The position numbers were made by a program, and so were the translations under genes. The notes beneath the pieces were generated by a model, which saw nothing but the letters and a program-made list of their open reading frames with translations, was not told where the DNA came from and made no database searches. Source: Octopus vulgaris (taxonomy: Eukaryota). From it: a DNA stretch of 64,000 nucleotides. Where the stretch lies: NCBI GenBank assembly GCA_951406725.2, contig OX597818.1, positions 129,146,001 to 129,210,000 on the forward strand. The letters are read 5' to 3'. Shown in pieces: positions 27,610 to 41,315 of the stretch. Each line of letters starts with the position of its first letter. Position 1 is the first letter of the stretch.

Positions 27610-28088
27610 TTCTTTTCATAAAAAAATAATTAAGCATGCCTTTATTTCAATAAAATTTTTGGTTTTGTTAAACGAAGTTAAGGCAAAAAAAAAAAAACTT
27701 TTTGAGAAACCAAATAGTCTTTCCTTCCTTCATGCCAAGATTGAAGAAAATATCTCTTTTGCATCTTACATTTTTGGTCTCTTAAATATACAGCATTTTG
27801 TGGCGTTATTTCAAGCCAGCTGGCTTTTTTGTGTAAACTGCACGTGCATTTTTCTCATGTATGTGTAGTATCGATTGCAACAGCTTATGTACTTGCACGT
27901 ACAAATGCCCGTTCCCACGGCTTTATCGATCGCATTCTCACCTGGAATCAATTTTTGTAATTTTTTCAAGACTTATACACGCCCTGATACCGTCGGTATC
28001 TTCAAATCAAATTTGAGTGCAATCGGATGGAGGATGCCTGAGATCCTAGAAGACACACACACAGACAGACAGAACGGATTTTATATTA
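27610..28088 (+). mobile_element. Helentron/DINE-like non-autonomous element remnant
   Basis: aaatttgagtgcaatcggatg...(ca)n cagacagacagaacggattttatatt 3' architecture typical of such elements; left boundary approximate. Confidence 0.5.
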
Positions 28089-28623
28089 AAATCATAACTT
28101 ACATAACTTACATTTAAGTGTCAGTAAGCCAAATAAATAAATCATACAAAAGTGTGGTGCCCCAACCAAAATCCAGTCAGTGGAAGAAGTAAAAGAACAG
28201 AAGAGATAAGATGAACAAAATAACAATAATGTACAAATATATTAGTAACATACCTTGAATATATGCTTGCTTTTTGTTTTATACCTATACATATTTAGCA
28301 CAAGTTCGATGCAACCCTCTCAATCAATCACTCAGACAGATTAAAGGGATCTCATCTTTTGTTAAACCCATTCAATCCATGCCAACATGGACAGTAGATG
28401 TAAAATGATGATGATGTTGATGATGATGATGATGATGACATGTACCAGTGACATCGTGAGCAATGAAAATGAGTATTTTGGTCACAGGTTCTTAAATGAT
28501 ACTCCTTAGTACTCCATGACACACTGGTGCACCTTAAGGAATATCCAGTGTGTGACAGACTTTTAAAAATATTCAAAGCTTTAGAAAATCCATATTAACG
28601 CTTGAGTATCTTACAAATGCAGA

Positions 28624-28900
28624 TTGGTGAATGCAATTGTCTTCCCAATAGCAACATATGGATGCGAGACCTGGACACTAAAGAAAGCTGACCAGACGAG
28701 AATTAATGCATTCGAGCTTTGGTGTTGGAGAAGACTTTTACGGATTCCATGGACAGTGAGGCTCACCAATGGAGAAGTTCTTAAGCAGATCAGGCCGAAA
28801 ATGTCGCTAGAAGCTAGGATCACCAAGCATAGATTGGCATATTTTGGTCATATTATGCGGAGAAAATCCCTGGAGAAGGACATCATGCTCGGAATGGTCA
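28624..28900 (+). pseudogene. RTE/BovB-clade LINE reverse-transcriptase C-terminal fragment
   Basis: VFPIATYGCETWTLKKADQTRINAFELWCWRRLLRIPWT..TNGEVL..RLAYFGHIMRRKSLEKDIMLG. Confidence 0.92.
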
Positions 28901-28970
28901 GTTTTACGAGCCAGGCATGGCTCAAGAAGCAACAAACATATGCTTTCACAACAAAAATATTCAATTTTGA

Positions 28971-29200
28971 CTTTAACTTTTTTGTTACCATATTTTTGTT
29001 GAAATATACTGTCTATGTTTCAATTAATTTTTTACAATCCTGAAGAATTCAATAAAATAATTTTAGTGTTAACTTGTTGTTTGGAATGTAAATTAACATG
29101 AAATTTTAATGGAAGGGCTTTGTTTGGATCACTTTAAAGCAGGAAGCTTGTATCATAGAAACCAGGAATTGACTTTAGCATGTTGGTTTAAAAAATGTTA
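28971..29200. mobile_element. Degenerate TTAA-type MITE
   Basis: ttaactttttgttacca ... tggtttaaaaaatgtta imperfect inverted ends. Confidence 0.35.
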
Positions 29201-29300
29201 GGAAATATCCCTTTTCAGCATAACATTGTTGACTGTAATATGTATGTATGTGTGTGTGTATATATATATATATATGTATGTATGTATATATATGTATATT

Positions 29301-29333
<33 letters not shown>

Positions 29334-29338
29334 GCATA

Positions 29339-29574
29339 CAGGGTTGGTCAAAAGACAGTAAATCAAAATTCCATAAATACTTAATATTCAATTTTATTTA
29401 TTCATTCCAATTATGACTGTTTAATAATTGAATGCTGTGAGTTAAAAATCACCGCTTCTTTTTTTTTCAACATTTGTCTATTTATTAGCGAAGTCTCATA
29501 TAAAATAATTTTTTGTTTTAATCTTGGAATTAAATGGTTGTGATTTACTGTCAGGTGACTTTTGACCAACACTG
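29339..29574. mobile_element. Tc1/mariner-type MITE
   Basis: TA-cagggttggtcaaaag ... cttttgaccaacactg-TA. Confidence 0.8.
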
Positions 29575-29663
29575 TATATATGAGAAGAGTATATGTAAAA
29601 CATTATATGCTTCAAACAATATTTCTAAATAATTCTCATTTTCTACATTACTATTTTTTTTAT

Positions 29664-29994
29664 TTATCACGTTAAGATTTAAACTCTCCAGCCAAAATAT
29701 TCGACCTGTTTTATGCCCAAACTGACCAGATCCCACTTCTCACACCTACCCTTCAATGTCATTCTAAAAATAAACAATCACATCATTAGAATCTTGAAGC
29801 TATGCGATAATAGTGCATGATATGTGTCAACAAATTTTGCAGGGGATATAGCTGACCGAAATGAATATATATATATATATACGAGCAAAACACCCACAGT
29901 CTAGTGGATGGTGCTGTATCATATCTGCTGAATAAAAAGCAATCAGTAAATAAGCATTATATTTGACAGTGTGATCTGAAAGCTAATGGGTTAG
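29664..29994 (-). mobile_element. Second copy of the 13410 MITE, carrying a captured local segment (29822-29947)
   Basis: aatgtcattctaaaaataaacaatcacatcatt and ataagcattatatttgacag..gctaatgggtta match the reverse complement of 13410-13636. Confidence 0.75.
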
Positions 29995-30218
29995 ATTGTA
30001 TATCAAGCTTCTACCTGAACATACATCACACTTTTTTTCATGAAACCTTATTTCAAGTTAATAATATCAAAATGCTTAAGAACACCTTGATTCATTAGCC
30101 GTTGCTTGCTGCTGACTACACAAACCAACCAACCAGCCAATGGCCTTCAATACTATTATTATTATTATTATTATTATTGTTATTATTTGTGTTCAGCCCT
30201 TGTGCCCAATAAAGAAAA

Positions 30219-30256
<38 letters not shown>

Positions 30257-30623
30257 TTGACAGAAAATATATTTGATTGAAATGGAGAATTTTCTTCAAA
30301 TAAAAAAAAAATTTTACAACTCTTGTAATATGTCCATCAAGTAGTGAAAAATATCAGTAAAATATTAAAAAAACCCAACAAAAACAATGAAGTATGTATA
30401 TTTTTATGTTGTATGTACAAAATATTTAACTGAAGTCATACAAGATATATTAACTGTTTCAATGGAAATTGATTTCAATTTTCCTTCATTTTATCATTTA
30501 AAATCATTTCACCTATATATTTTTTCTCCAAATTTTGCTTTGTTTTTGCTTTTAACAAATTCTTTCATTTCTTTTATTTTTTTACATATTTTTTATGTTC
30601 CTTTCAAATTCATTTTATATTAT

Positions 30624-30657
<34 letters not shown>

Positions 30658-31652
30658 TCTTATTTTCCCTTGTTATTTTGGTTCTGTTTAGGGTTTTTGT
30701 GTTGTTTAACGTTTTTAGCAGTTATTTCTTGAATGTTTTAAAAATGTTTAAGAAATCCTAAAGAAAGTGATTTTCAAATTATTAAGGACCACATTTTGAC
30801 CCTTTCACAATAAAATTTGAAAACAAAAACTCCAAAAAAGCAACATCAAACAACAAACCTAAACAACAGAATTGTCTTCCTCCCCTCCTCCACCTCCTTC
30901 TCATCATCATCATCATCATCATCATCGTCGTCATCATTATTATCAACTATTTCGTTTTCTTGGTAGAATTTCTTTTACTTTCTTATTTTTGTGAAAAAAA
31001 AAAAAAAAAAATTCGGAAGCATATAGTCAGTCATTCTGAAATTCCAATATGGAAGGTATTTGAAAAATATAAAAAGGATTAAAAAAATGAAGCAAAAATC
31101 TACAAAAAAAAAAAATAAATATATAAATTGATTTATTGAAGAAAAAAGACAAAAAAGAAAAAGGTTGATTTAAATTTTTGCAATCTAATTTGCATATTCA
31201 ACCTTGAAACTACAAGTTTTGTTGCTTTTCGAAATGGTAATATGCAAAGTAGATTGCATAATTGGTAACTGTTCCTCCTACTCTCATACATAGTCTACTC
31301 CTACCTTTACTATTTTTTTTGCAGTACTTGTTGTTAGTGGTCAGAGAAGGAGAAAACAGAGGACAAAGAAGGAAAGAAGGTTACAAGCAACAGAGGGGAA
31401 AGAGGGTCAGGGGTCATTTTTGGTTGTCATTGCAGCTGTTTTTGCAATCATAGGTGTTCTGTTTTCTCCGTTTCCATATCCGTCATTATTGTTGGCACTA
31501 CAGTTGTTGTGGTTGTTATTGTGCTTGCTTGTTGTCATTGGTATACAACTGTTGGTTGCTTACTTTGGAAATATGTCCGTGTCTTGCTCTCTTGTCTCTC
31601 TCTTTCTCTCTCTCTATCTATCTATCTATGTATCTATCTATCTATCTATCTT

Positions 31653-31703
<51 letters not shown>

Positions 31704-31749
31704 ATGTATCTATCTAAAGAAGTCGGTTCTGTATCTCGGCTTTCTTTTT

Positions 31750-33493
31750 CTCTAGCTGGGTCACATATGCTACTCTCTCTTTTTCCCTCCTACTCCTATA
31801 CCTCATGCTCTTACCACTAATACTGTTCCTCATACTACTACTACTACTACTACTACTACTCTTTGTCTTTCCATGTTTCCTCCCCACCTCCCCCTCCTCC
31901 TCCAACATATTCTACTTTTCCTCTTATTGTGCAGTTTCCTACCTCATCTATCTTTTTCTTTCTTTCTTTCTTTCACTTCATCTTGTTTCTTTCATTTCAT
32001 AATCTTTCTTTTCTAATTCTTTTTCTTCATCAACTCCCACTTCATTTTTTGGTCCCACAATCTCCTCTCACTCCAACACCTTTCTACCTCCTCTTTCCTC
32101 TCTTCTTCCTCCTACCTTACCTCATAGCTCCCTCTCACTTCACTGTCCTCCTTCTTCCTCTCATTCTTCTTCTTCTTCTTCTTTGCCCTCTCTTTTTTAC
32201 TAAAAATTTACTATCTTTTCTCCTCCATCCACCTCTCTGGTTTCTTTCTCCACTTCTCTCTTCTCTTTTCTCCTACTTGTCCTCCTCCTCCTCCCCTTCA
32301 CTTGGTCCTATGGTCATGTTATCTTTTCTCCTCACCTCCTACCCTTCTGTCTTCTCTTACCACAACACAACAACAACAACAACAACACCAACCATCACCA
32401 TGGACTGCCACTACAATGAAACCAGGACCACCACCATCACCACCATCACCACCAACACCACCACCACCACCACCACCACAAGCACATCTCTTCCTTCTGT
32501 ACCGTCATTTCCCTCCCCCTTCCTCTTTCTATCTCATCTCCTGCCTCCCAGTCTATCTCTGCTGTGCACCCCCACCCCCTGGCCCCACCCCACCCCGGCT
32601 CTCATCTCTCTCTCTCTCTCTCACTGCCCCTCCCATCATCCATCCCCCAAGCCCTCTTAGTTCCTCTTCCTTGACTATGTCATCGTCTCTTTGGCAACCA
32701 TTGTTAGTACTGTCCTTATTTTTATACTTGTTGTTGCTTGTTTATTGGTGATGCCAATAACGATGACGACGACGATGATGATGATGATGATGATGGTGTT
32801 GGTGATGCTGCCATTGATGCTGGAGACATCGAGGACGGTGATGGAGGTGTTGGCGTTTTTGCGTTGTTCCTTGGTCTTGGAGGTGGGAGTCAGGTTTGGT
32901 CATAATCATAGTAGTGTAGCTTGTGTTGGTGTTGGTTTTAATGTTGGTGCCCATATCAGTACTGGTGGTGGTGGTGGTGATGATTCTAGTAGTATTAGCG
33001 GAGATTGTGGTGTTGGTGTTGGTGATAGTAGTAGTAGTATTATTGGTGATGATGGCGTTGGTATTGCTACTGGTGACAGTAGCAGCATTAGTGGTAGTTA
33101 TGGTTGTGGTGGTGTTGGCGATAGTAGCCGTATTAGTGGCAAAGGTGATGGAGGTGGTGATAGTGGCTTTGGTGTTGATGTTGGCGGCAGTGCTGGTGTT
33201 GGTAATAGTTCATTTATGGTGGTGGTCATGATGGAGTTAGCGATAGTAGTAGTAGTTGTAAAGGTGGCAATGGTGGTAGTAATAGTAGTAGTAGTAATAG
33301 TAGTAGTTTCAGTAGTTGTGTTGGTGGTGTGGGTGATAGTAGCAGATATGGTGGCATAGGTGACAATCATAGTGTAGCTGTTGTTGGTTATAGTGTTGGC
33401 AGTAGTAGTAGTAGTAGTAGCTTTGTATTGGTGTTGGTGAGTGCGGTGTTAGTGTTGTTGCTGTTGGTGTTACTACTGTTGCGGTCAGTCTTT

Positions 33494-33529
<36 letters not shown>

Positions 33530-36500
33530 GTATGGTTGGTGTCAATTGACGACTGAGTGGTGAAGGGAGGGGAGTTCCCGAGGGTTGGGGTGGGGGTGAA
33601 ACAAGAAGACACATTAGTGCCTCACGATGGTGATGGTTATGATATTGGTAGTGCTGGCATTGGTTGCTGTAGTACTGTTAGTGATGGGAGTGGTGTGGTG
33701 TTGGTGTTCGCAATAGTGCTAGACGCAGTCATGGAGTCAATGGTGATGTTGGTGTTAGTAATGGTGTTGGTTGGAGTGTTAACAGTGGTGATGGTGGATG
33801 GTGGTGGTGTTGGTGTTGGTGCCAGTGTTGCTGTCATTGGTGATGATGTCGGTTATAGTGTTAATGCTGGTTGCTGTTGTGTTGGTAGTAGTATTAATGT
33901 TGGTGGTGATGGTGGTGCTGGTAGTAGTTTTAGCGATGCTGGTGGTGGTGGTGGTGGTGGTGGTGGTAGTTGTGTTAGTAATGGTGATGGTGTTAGTAGT
34001 AATGCTGGTGATGTTCGTATCAGTAGTTGTGTTAGCGACAGTGATGCTAGTTGTGGTGGTGGTGGTGGTGGTGGTAATGTTACTGATAGTGGTGGTGTTG
34101 CTAATAATAGTGATGTTGGGAGTTGGTAGTAGTGTTAGAGATCGCAGTGGAATTGAAGGGACGGTGATGGTGGTGGTGGTAGTAGTAGTGTCATCAACAG
34201 TACTCATGTTGGTAGTAATTGCAGCAGCTATATAATTGTTGTTGGTGATGATGAAGATAATGATGATGTTTGTGATGACGTTGGACATGATGATGGTGTT
34301 TGGTGATATCAGTATTGATGATGATGCTGCTGCTGCTAATGATGATGGTGATGTATGGTGGTGCTTCTGATAGCGATGATACTTGTTCGCTTCGGTGATT
34401 TTCACAGTGAAGTCGTTGCAGTTTAGCACCCTCCCCCTCCAGGCCAACCCTTAATACAACAGTACTACGATTTAAAGTATTCCTTCCATGACCACCCCGT
34501 CTTTTTATTTTTATGGGTATCTAAAACCATATTAGCCAATATTTCCTTTCGTATTTCTAAAGATGGCTGGATGCAATTTGAGGGAGGTGTAGCTACTATT
34601 TCTAGCAGATTGAGCAACCACATGAAGGTTAGCCTGTTGATGTCGCTGTTATTGTTGTTGCTTATGATAATGATGATAGTGGCAATGGTGGTAGTTATGA
34701 TGACAAGGACGATGATGATGACGATGGTAGTGATGATTACAATGATGATGATGATGATGATGATGGAGGTGGTGATGGTGGTGGTGGTAGTAGTAATTAT
34801 GTAGCTGGTGCTGATCTGGCTGTTTTTAAGGTGTTGTGGGCGGCAGTGGTGATAGTGCTGGGGTGGTCGTTATTGTAGGGGGGGGATGGTAGTAGTGGAG
34901 AGACAAAGATGATGATGATTTTGAAGACGATGACGATGATGATGGTGGTGATGGTTATGTCGGCATCGTATATGTGTGTGTGTGTGTGTGGGTGTGGGTG
35001 GGTAGGAGGATGGGTGGGGGATGATAATGCTGGAAGGAATGTTGCTGATGTGTTGGTAGTTGCTATTAGCATTGATGTGATTAGTGGCAGTGGTTGTAGT
35101 GGTGATGGTGGTGATGGTGGTGATGGTGGTGCTCATTTGGGCAATTCATGTTGATGACGATGATGGTGATGCTGCTGTTGATGGTGGTGGTGATGGTGGT
35201 CGTCGTCGTCATCATTTGGGGCAATTGGCACTGGTGATGATGATGATGATGATGATGATGATAATGATGATGACGATAATGATGATGATGATGATGGTGA
35301 TAGTTGCTGTTGTTAGTGTGGTGGTTGGTGTTGGTTGCGATGGTGGCATTTGCTACAAATGCTTCTTGTAGTGGTGCTGATGGTAGAGCTACTGCAATTG
35401 GTGGTGTTGCTTATACAGTAGTGGTGGTTGTAATAGAAGTGGTGGTTTGGGCAATGACAACTTCTCGTTGTGGTATTGTTTATTGATAGTAAAGGTCATA
35501 GTGCAGACAGTAGTAGTACCATTAGTGCCTGTATAACTGTCTCGCACTGTTGTATAGTAGCAAGTACTTGTTGTAGTACTGGAAATAGTGTTGGTAGAGT
35601 TGGTACTAGTGGTGCTTGTATGAATGTCTCTTGCATTGGTGCTGGTGGTAGTGCTATTGTACTTGGTGTTGTAGTTGTGGTGGTAGTAGTGTTGGAGATG
35701 GTGTTGGCAGTGTTGGAGGTGGTATTGGTAGTAGTAGAACTGGTGGTATTCATATGACTATCTCATGCAGTGGTATTGATGGTGGTGCTTCTGACGTTGG
35801 TGTTTTAGTTGTAGTAGTGAAAGTGGTGTAGGCAGTAGTGATGTTGATTATAACAACAACTTCTTGTGGTTTTGGTAGTAGTACTACTGTCACTGGTATT
35901 ATGGTAGTAGTGATGGTGGTGTTTATATGACTGCCTCTTGCAGTGGTGTTGGTGGTAGTACTAATACAGTTGGTGTTACAATACTAGCAGTGGTAATTGG
36001 AGTGTGGTGGTACAGGTGGTAGTAATGGTGCAATTATTATTACTAGTAGTAGTGGTGGTATTGGCAGTAGTGTCATCTGTTCTGAGGTATGGGAGGTAGT
36101 TGTAGTGGTGTTAATAATGGTGCTGGTGTGAGTGATAGTAGTGGCGGTCTTGGTAGTTGTGTAATTGTTGTTGTTGTTGAGCAATTCTATGATCAGCAGT
36201 GAGTCTGGTATTGGTAGTAGTAGCAGTAGTAGTTGTTGTGGTAGTGGTGGTGGTGGTGGAATTGGTGGAATCATTGCTGCTGGCAAAGGTGTTGGTGTTG
36301 GTCGTAGTAGTAGTAGTAGTATGGGTAGTAGTATTGGAAGTGGTGTGTCATTCTTGTTGATGTGGGTGATTGTAGTATTGGTAGTGGTGGCAGAGGTGTG
36401 TTGCGACATTGTTGTTTTGTAGAGGCATCGGGGTGTGGGCGGCAGTCGTGGTATTAGTAGCCGGGGTAGTGGCGGTGGTGGTGGCGGTGCGGTATTGTAT

Positions 36501-37387
36501 CATTCTTGTTGGCAGCAGTGTTGGTGTCGGTGGGAGTGGCGGTGGTGGGGGTAGTCGTATTGGTAGTAGTGGTGGAGGAGGAGGATGTGGTGGTGGTGGT
36601 GGTGGTGGTGGTGGTGGTGGTGGTGGTGGTGGAGGTGTTGTGTCATTGGTGATAGAGTGTGGGGGTGGCTGTTTCTGCTGCAGTTTATTTGTTCTCACAT
36701 TGGTTGTTGAGATGACAGTCTTGATGATGATGATGGTGATGGCGATGGCGATGATGAAGAAGAAGATGATGGTGTTGGTGGTGATGGTTGGTAACTATGA
36801 TGGTGTTGGTGGTGGGGGTGGCATTTGCAATGGGAGTGACAGTCGCTGTTGGTGATGCTAGTGATGGTACTGCTGCTGCTGCCAATGGTTAATAATGGTT
36901 ATTGGTGGCGATGGTGATGTTGGACATTGCAGTGTTTGCTGATAGTAAGGACAGTGCTAGTGGAAATGGTGGAAATGGTAAAAATGGTAGCTGTGTGTTG
37001 TAGGTAGTGGTGATGGGCATGAGCGACGGTGATAGCGCTGTTCATGATAGTGGTGATGTTGATGATGATGGTGATGTTTATGATGATGATGTTGATGATT
37101 GTGGGGATTTGGAGATACTGGTGTTGGCAATGGTGATGATGGCCTCATTGATATTGGTGAAATTGATGATGATGATGATGATGATGGTACTAATGTTGGT
37201 GATGGAGGTGGTGGTGATGGAGGTGATGGTGATGATGTGGTGATGGGCATTAGCGACGGTGATAGCGCTGTTCATGATAGTGGTGATGTTGATGATGATG
37301 GTGATGTTGATGATGATGGTGATGTTGATGATGATGGTGATGTTGATAATGATGATGTTGATGATTGTGGGGATATTGGTGAAATTA

Positions 37388-37420
<33 letters not shown>

Positions 37421-37538
37421 GTACTAATGTTGGTGATGGAGGTGATGGTGATGATATTGGTGATGCTGCTGATGGTGGTGAAGCTGGGGAAGTTGATGAT
37501 GGGCTTTGTGATGTTGGTAATGGTAGTGATGTTAGCAC

Positions 37539-37569
<31 letters not shown>

Positions 37570-38270
37570 GACATTACTGATTTCAGCGACGGTGGCGTTG
37601 GAGTTGGCCATGGTGATGATGGTAATAATGATGATGCTGATGATGGAAACGGTAGCAGTATTAGAAATGATAGCAGTGTAGTTACTTGCAATGTTGGTGT
37701 TGGTGCTAGTAGTAGGGTGGTGGTGTTGGTATTGGTGATATTCATGTCTGTCCATTGCTGCAGTTGATGCAATGGCAGTTGGTGCTGCTAGTGATGTTGG
37801 TAGTAGTAGTAGTAGTGGTGGTGGTGGTGTCACTGCTGCCAACACCACCACTACCATTACTACTACTACTACTATCCTTGATCAGTTTTTACTAAGGCAG
37901 GGACACATAGTAACCAACGAGACACTGGAAAGTGGGGCAGGGTGGGTGGGGGGCGGGGCGAGAGGGACGGGGTGGGAGGGTGTTGGTCGGGTCGGGTAGG
38001 AAGGGATTTGAGATATGGTGGTGCAGTATGGCTAACAGATGCAGGCCGATTGCAACTGCAATCTCTTGCACACCATTACCAGTCCAACTTGAAGTTTGTA
38101 GTGGGGTGGGGGTGTTTAAAAATTCAAGAAAAAAACTAAACAGTACTACCACGACCACCACATATATACCACTACTATCACGACCACTACTGCTGCCATC
38201 ACCACCACCACCACCACCACCACCACCACCACCACCATCACCACCTCCATCACCACCGCTACCATCATTT
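31750..38270. repeat. 6.5-kb cryptic trinucleotide low-complexity domain (GGT/GAT/GTA/GTT on +, C-rich flanks)
   Basis: Direct reading; produces many overlapping spurious ORFs. Confidence 0.85.
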
Positions 38271-38634
38271 TCTTTGTCTATTTCTTTCTCTCTATATATC
38301 TTTTACTCTCTAAGACTCTCTCATTTTCCATTTATCTTTTAGTCTACTTCTGTATCTATCTTTACTCACCTCTCTCTCTCTCTCTCTCTCTCTCTGTTTC
38401 TCTCTATTTATCTATCTCTCTATCTCTCTATCTATTTATCTCTGCCTCTCTTATAATGTCTGAGTGTCCTTTGGCCAATCTCTCCTACAATGTCTTACTG
38501 CTAATCTATATGTCTCTCTTTCTCACGCCTTTTCTTTCTATACCACAATGTCTACCTGTCTCTCAGTCTCTTTCTATATGTCTCTCTTTCTCTTCCTATA
38601 TATATATATATATATCATGCAATCTGTTTGTCCA

Positions 38635-38676
<42 letters not shown>

Positions 38677-38761
38677 CCCATCAATCTCTCCCTCCTTCTC
38701 TCTCTCACCCTCTCTATTTCTGTCTGACAATTTTTTTGGAACTTACCTCTATCACTCAATA

Positions 38762-38818
<57 letters not shown>

Positions 38819-40481
38819 CATACACACATATATCTCTATCTCTCCCTCCCTCTTCTTCCTTCCTTTTCTAACAAGAAGATAGAATAAGACATTTCTCTAC
38901 AATTTCTCTCTCTTTCAGTCAACTATTTTCATCACTCTCAATGTCATAACATTCTCTCTCAATCAAGCCTCTCACCTACTCTTTGCTCCTTCTCACTCAC
39001 ACTCATCTCTCTCTTTCTCTCTCTCTCTCCCTCCCTCTATCTCTATCTATCTCTCTATCTCACACTTCCTCTCTATCATTATTCATCCTTTCTTATAGAA
39101 TGGAAAAAAGAAAAGCAAAAGGCTAAGAGAAGGAAAGGGGTCATTTCTCTTTGTCACCAAAATTTTACTCCCACTCAATTTCCTACACTTTCTACCAAAC
39201 ACATACACAGAATCCCTCTCCCTCATTCCCTCGCTCTCCTTCTCCTTCTCCCTCTCTTTAATAAAAGTGAAACAAAAGAGAAGAGTTGCATAGAGTGGGG
39301 AGGAGGACACACACACACACACTTTCCTACTCCCACTATTACTCTGCCAGGTTCTCCTCCTCCTCCTTCTCATCCTTGCCTGTCCCAGACCACTCTCCTT
39401 GATTGCCTCTCTATGTCTTTTTCTAATTTTTACGACTTTACCACATTGCAGCCATCATCAGTCACCAACCGCTAACAAATTTACTAACTCGGTATTGATT
39501 TCTTACACAACACAACAACGATGACACAGTAGAAATTATCAAGGAAGACAGAAATAAAATGATGTTGTGACGTTCATTCCATACCAATTCACATTTGGCT
39601 TTTATTTTGGTTAGTTTAGAAACAAACAGAATGGGTTTATGTATATATGTATGTATGTATGAAGAGATGATTTGCTACATGGTTAGTTTCATGGTCAATT
39701 GGTGGATTTGGGGTAGAATGTTAGTTGCATGTATTTATTATTATTATTATTATTTTTGTGGGCTGCTGGTTGACTGTATGGTTGGTCGGTCGGTTGGTTG
39801 GTTGGTTGGTTCTTGGTTGGTTGGTTGGCTGGTACATTGCATGCTTGAATGATTGGCTGGGAGGATGGTTCGTTGGTTGCAGAAAGGTGGGTTCTGGTTC
39901 GTTTGGTGGTTTCTGACATTTCTTTGCTTCCATCTCATCTCCTTTGACTATGTCAGGTATGCTTACCCCCTCTTCTATAGGCTCTCCCTTTCTGTTTCTT
40001 TGTCAATCTATCTGTCTTGACCCTTTCTCTCTCTCTCTCTCTCTCTCTTACTCTGCCTCCTAACACCCCTGTCTGTCTGTTTGTCTCTCTCTTTTTCTTT
40101 CAGTCTTTATTGCACTATTTTGCAGCTCTGTCTGTCTGCCTGCCATATTTTTTCTAAAATAAATTTTCCTGTGGCGTCCATGTCATCCGTCTCTCAAACC
40201 ACAAAACATGCCAACAGACTTTAGAGATGATGATGATGTTAGTTGTAGTAGCAGTGGTGATGATGAAAGAGGATAAAAACTGAAAGCTAGGAAAGAAGAT
40301 TGAACTCAAAAAAGAGAAAGAAAAAATAGATGCTTGTGTTTCAGTACAAATACTAATATATGCAAGTTCTTCAAGAGGTGAGGGGTGTATATCTAAAATA
40401 AGATAAAAAAAGATGTATGCAAATGCATGCTAGTGTGTGAACACATACATACATGCAAATTCATATATATATATATATATA

Positions 40482-40672
40482 CTCTTTACTTTTTTACTTG
40501 TTTCAGTCATTTGACTGTGGCCATGCTGGAGCACCACCTTTAGTCGAGCATATCAACCCCAGGAATTATTCCTTGTAAGCCTAGTACTTATTCTATCAGT
40601 CTCTTTTGCCAAACTGCTAAGTTACAGGGATGTAAACACACCAGCATCGGTTGTCAAGACACAGACACACGA

Positions 40673-40740
<68 letters not shown>

Positions 40741-40935
40741 TCTTTACTTTTTACTTGTTTCAGTCATTTGACTGTGGCCATGCTGGAGCACCACCTTTAG
40801 TTTAGTCAAGCATATCAACCCCAGGAATTATTCTTTGTAAGCCTAGTACTTATTCTATCAGTCTCTTTTGCCAAACTGCTAAGTTCCGGGGACGTAAACG
40901 CACCAGTATCGGTTGTGAAGACACAGACACACAAG

Positions 40936-41017
<82 letters not shown>

Positions 41018-41153
41018 TACGACAGGCTTCTTTCAGTTTCCATCTACCAAATCCACCCACAAGACACTTGCTCAAGATGCCATGCAGTGAAACTGAACCT
41101 GGAACCATGTGGTTGGTAAGCAAGCTACTTACCACACAGCCACTCCTGTGCCT
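40482..41153 (-). mobile_element. SINE family B (40740-41153) plus a tandem duplicate of its 3' half (40482-40680)
   Basis: Both halves share the variants catatcaaccccaggaattatt and a deletion before gacacagacacac. Confidence 0.85.
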
Positions 41154-41276
41154 ATATATATATATATATATAAAACTAAGTTATTTTATTCCACACTGGT
41201 AAAGATATAGGTAAAATAGAAGTTGAAAATGCACTGAGAATAATTAAAACATTTTTTATTATTAATATATTTAAAG

Positions 41277-41315
41277 CTTTAACTAGTTTCACAGTTTACA
41301 CTGATTTTCAAAAAG
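41277..41315 (-). ncRNA. Decayed minimal hammerhead-like motif
   Basis: CTTT-TTGAAAA-t-CAG-tgtaaa-CTG-t-GAAA-C-TA-G-TT-AAAG; core has two mismatches, palindromic AACTAGTT. Confidence 0.4.

Noticed and set aside
31863-36885. Long Gly/Val/Thr/Pro-rich ORFs as structural proteins
   Set aside because: They overlap in several frames on both strands with frequent frame drift, as expected of cryptic trinucleotide DNA.
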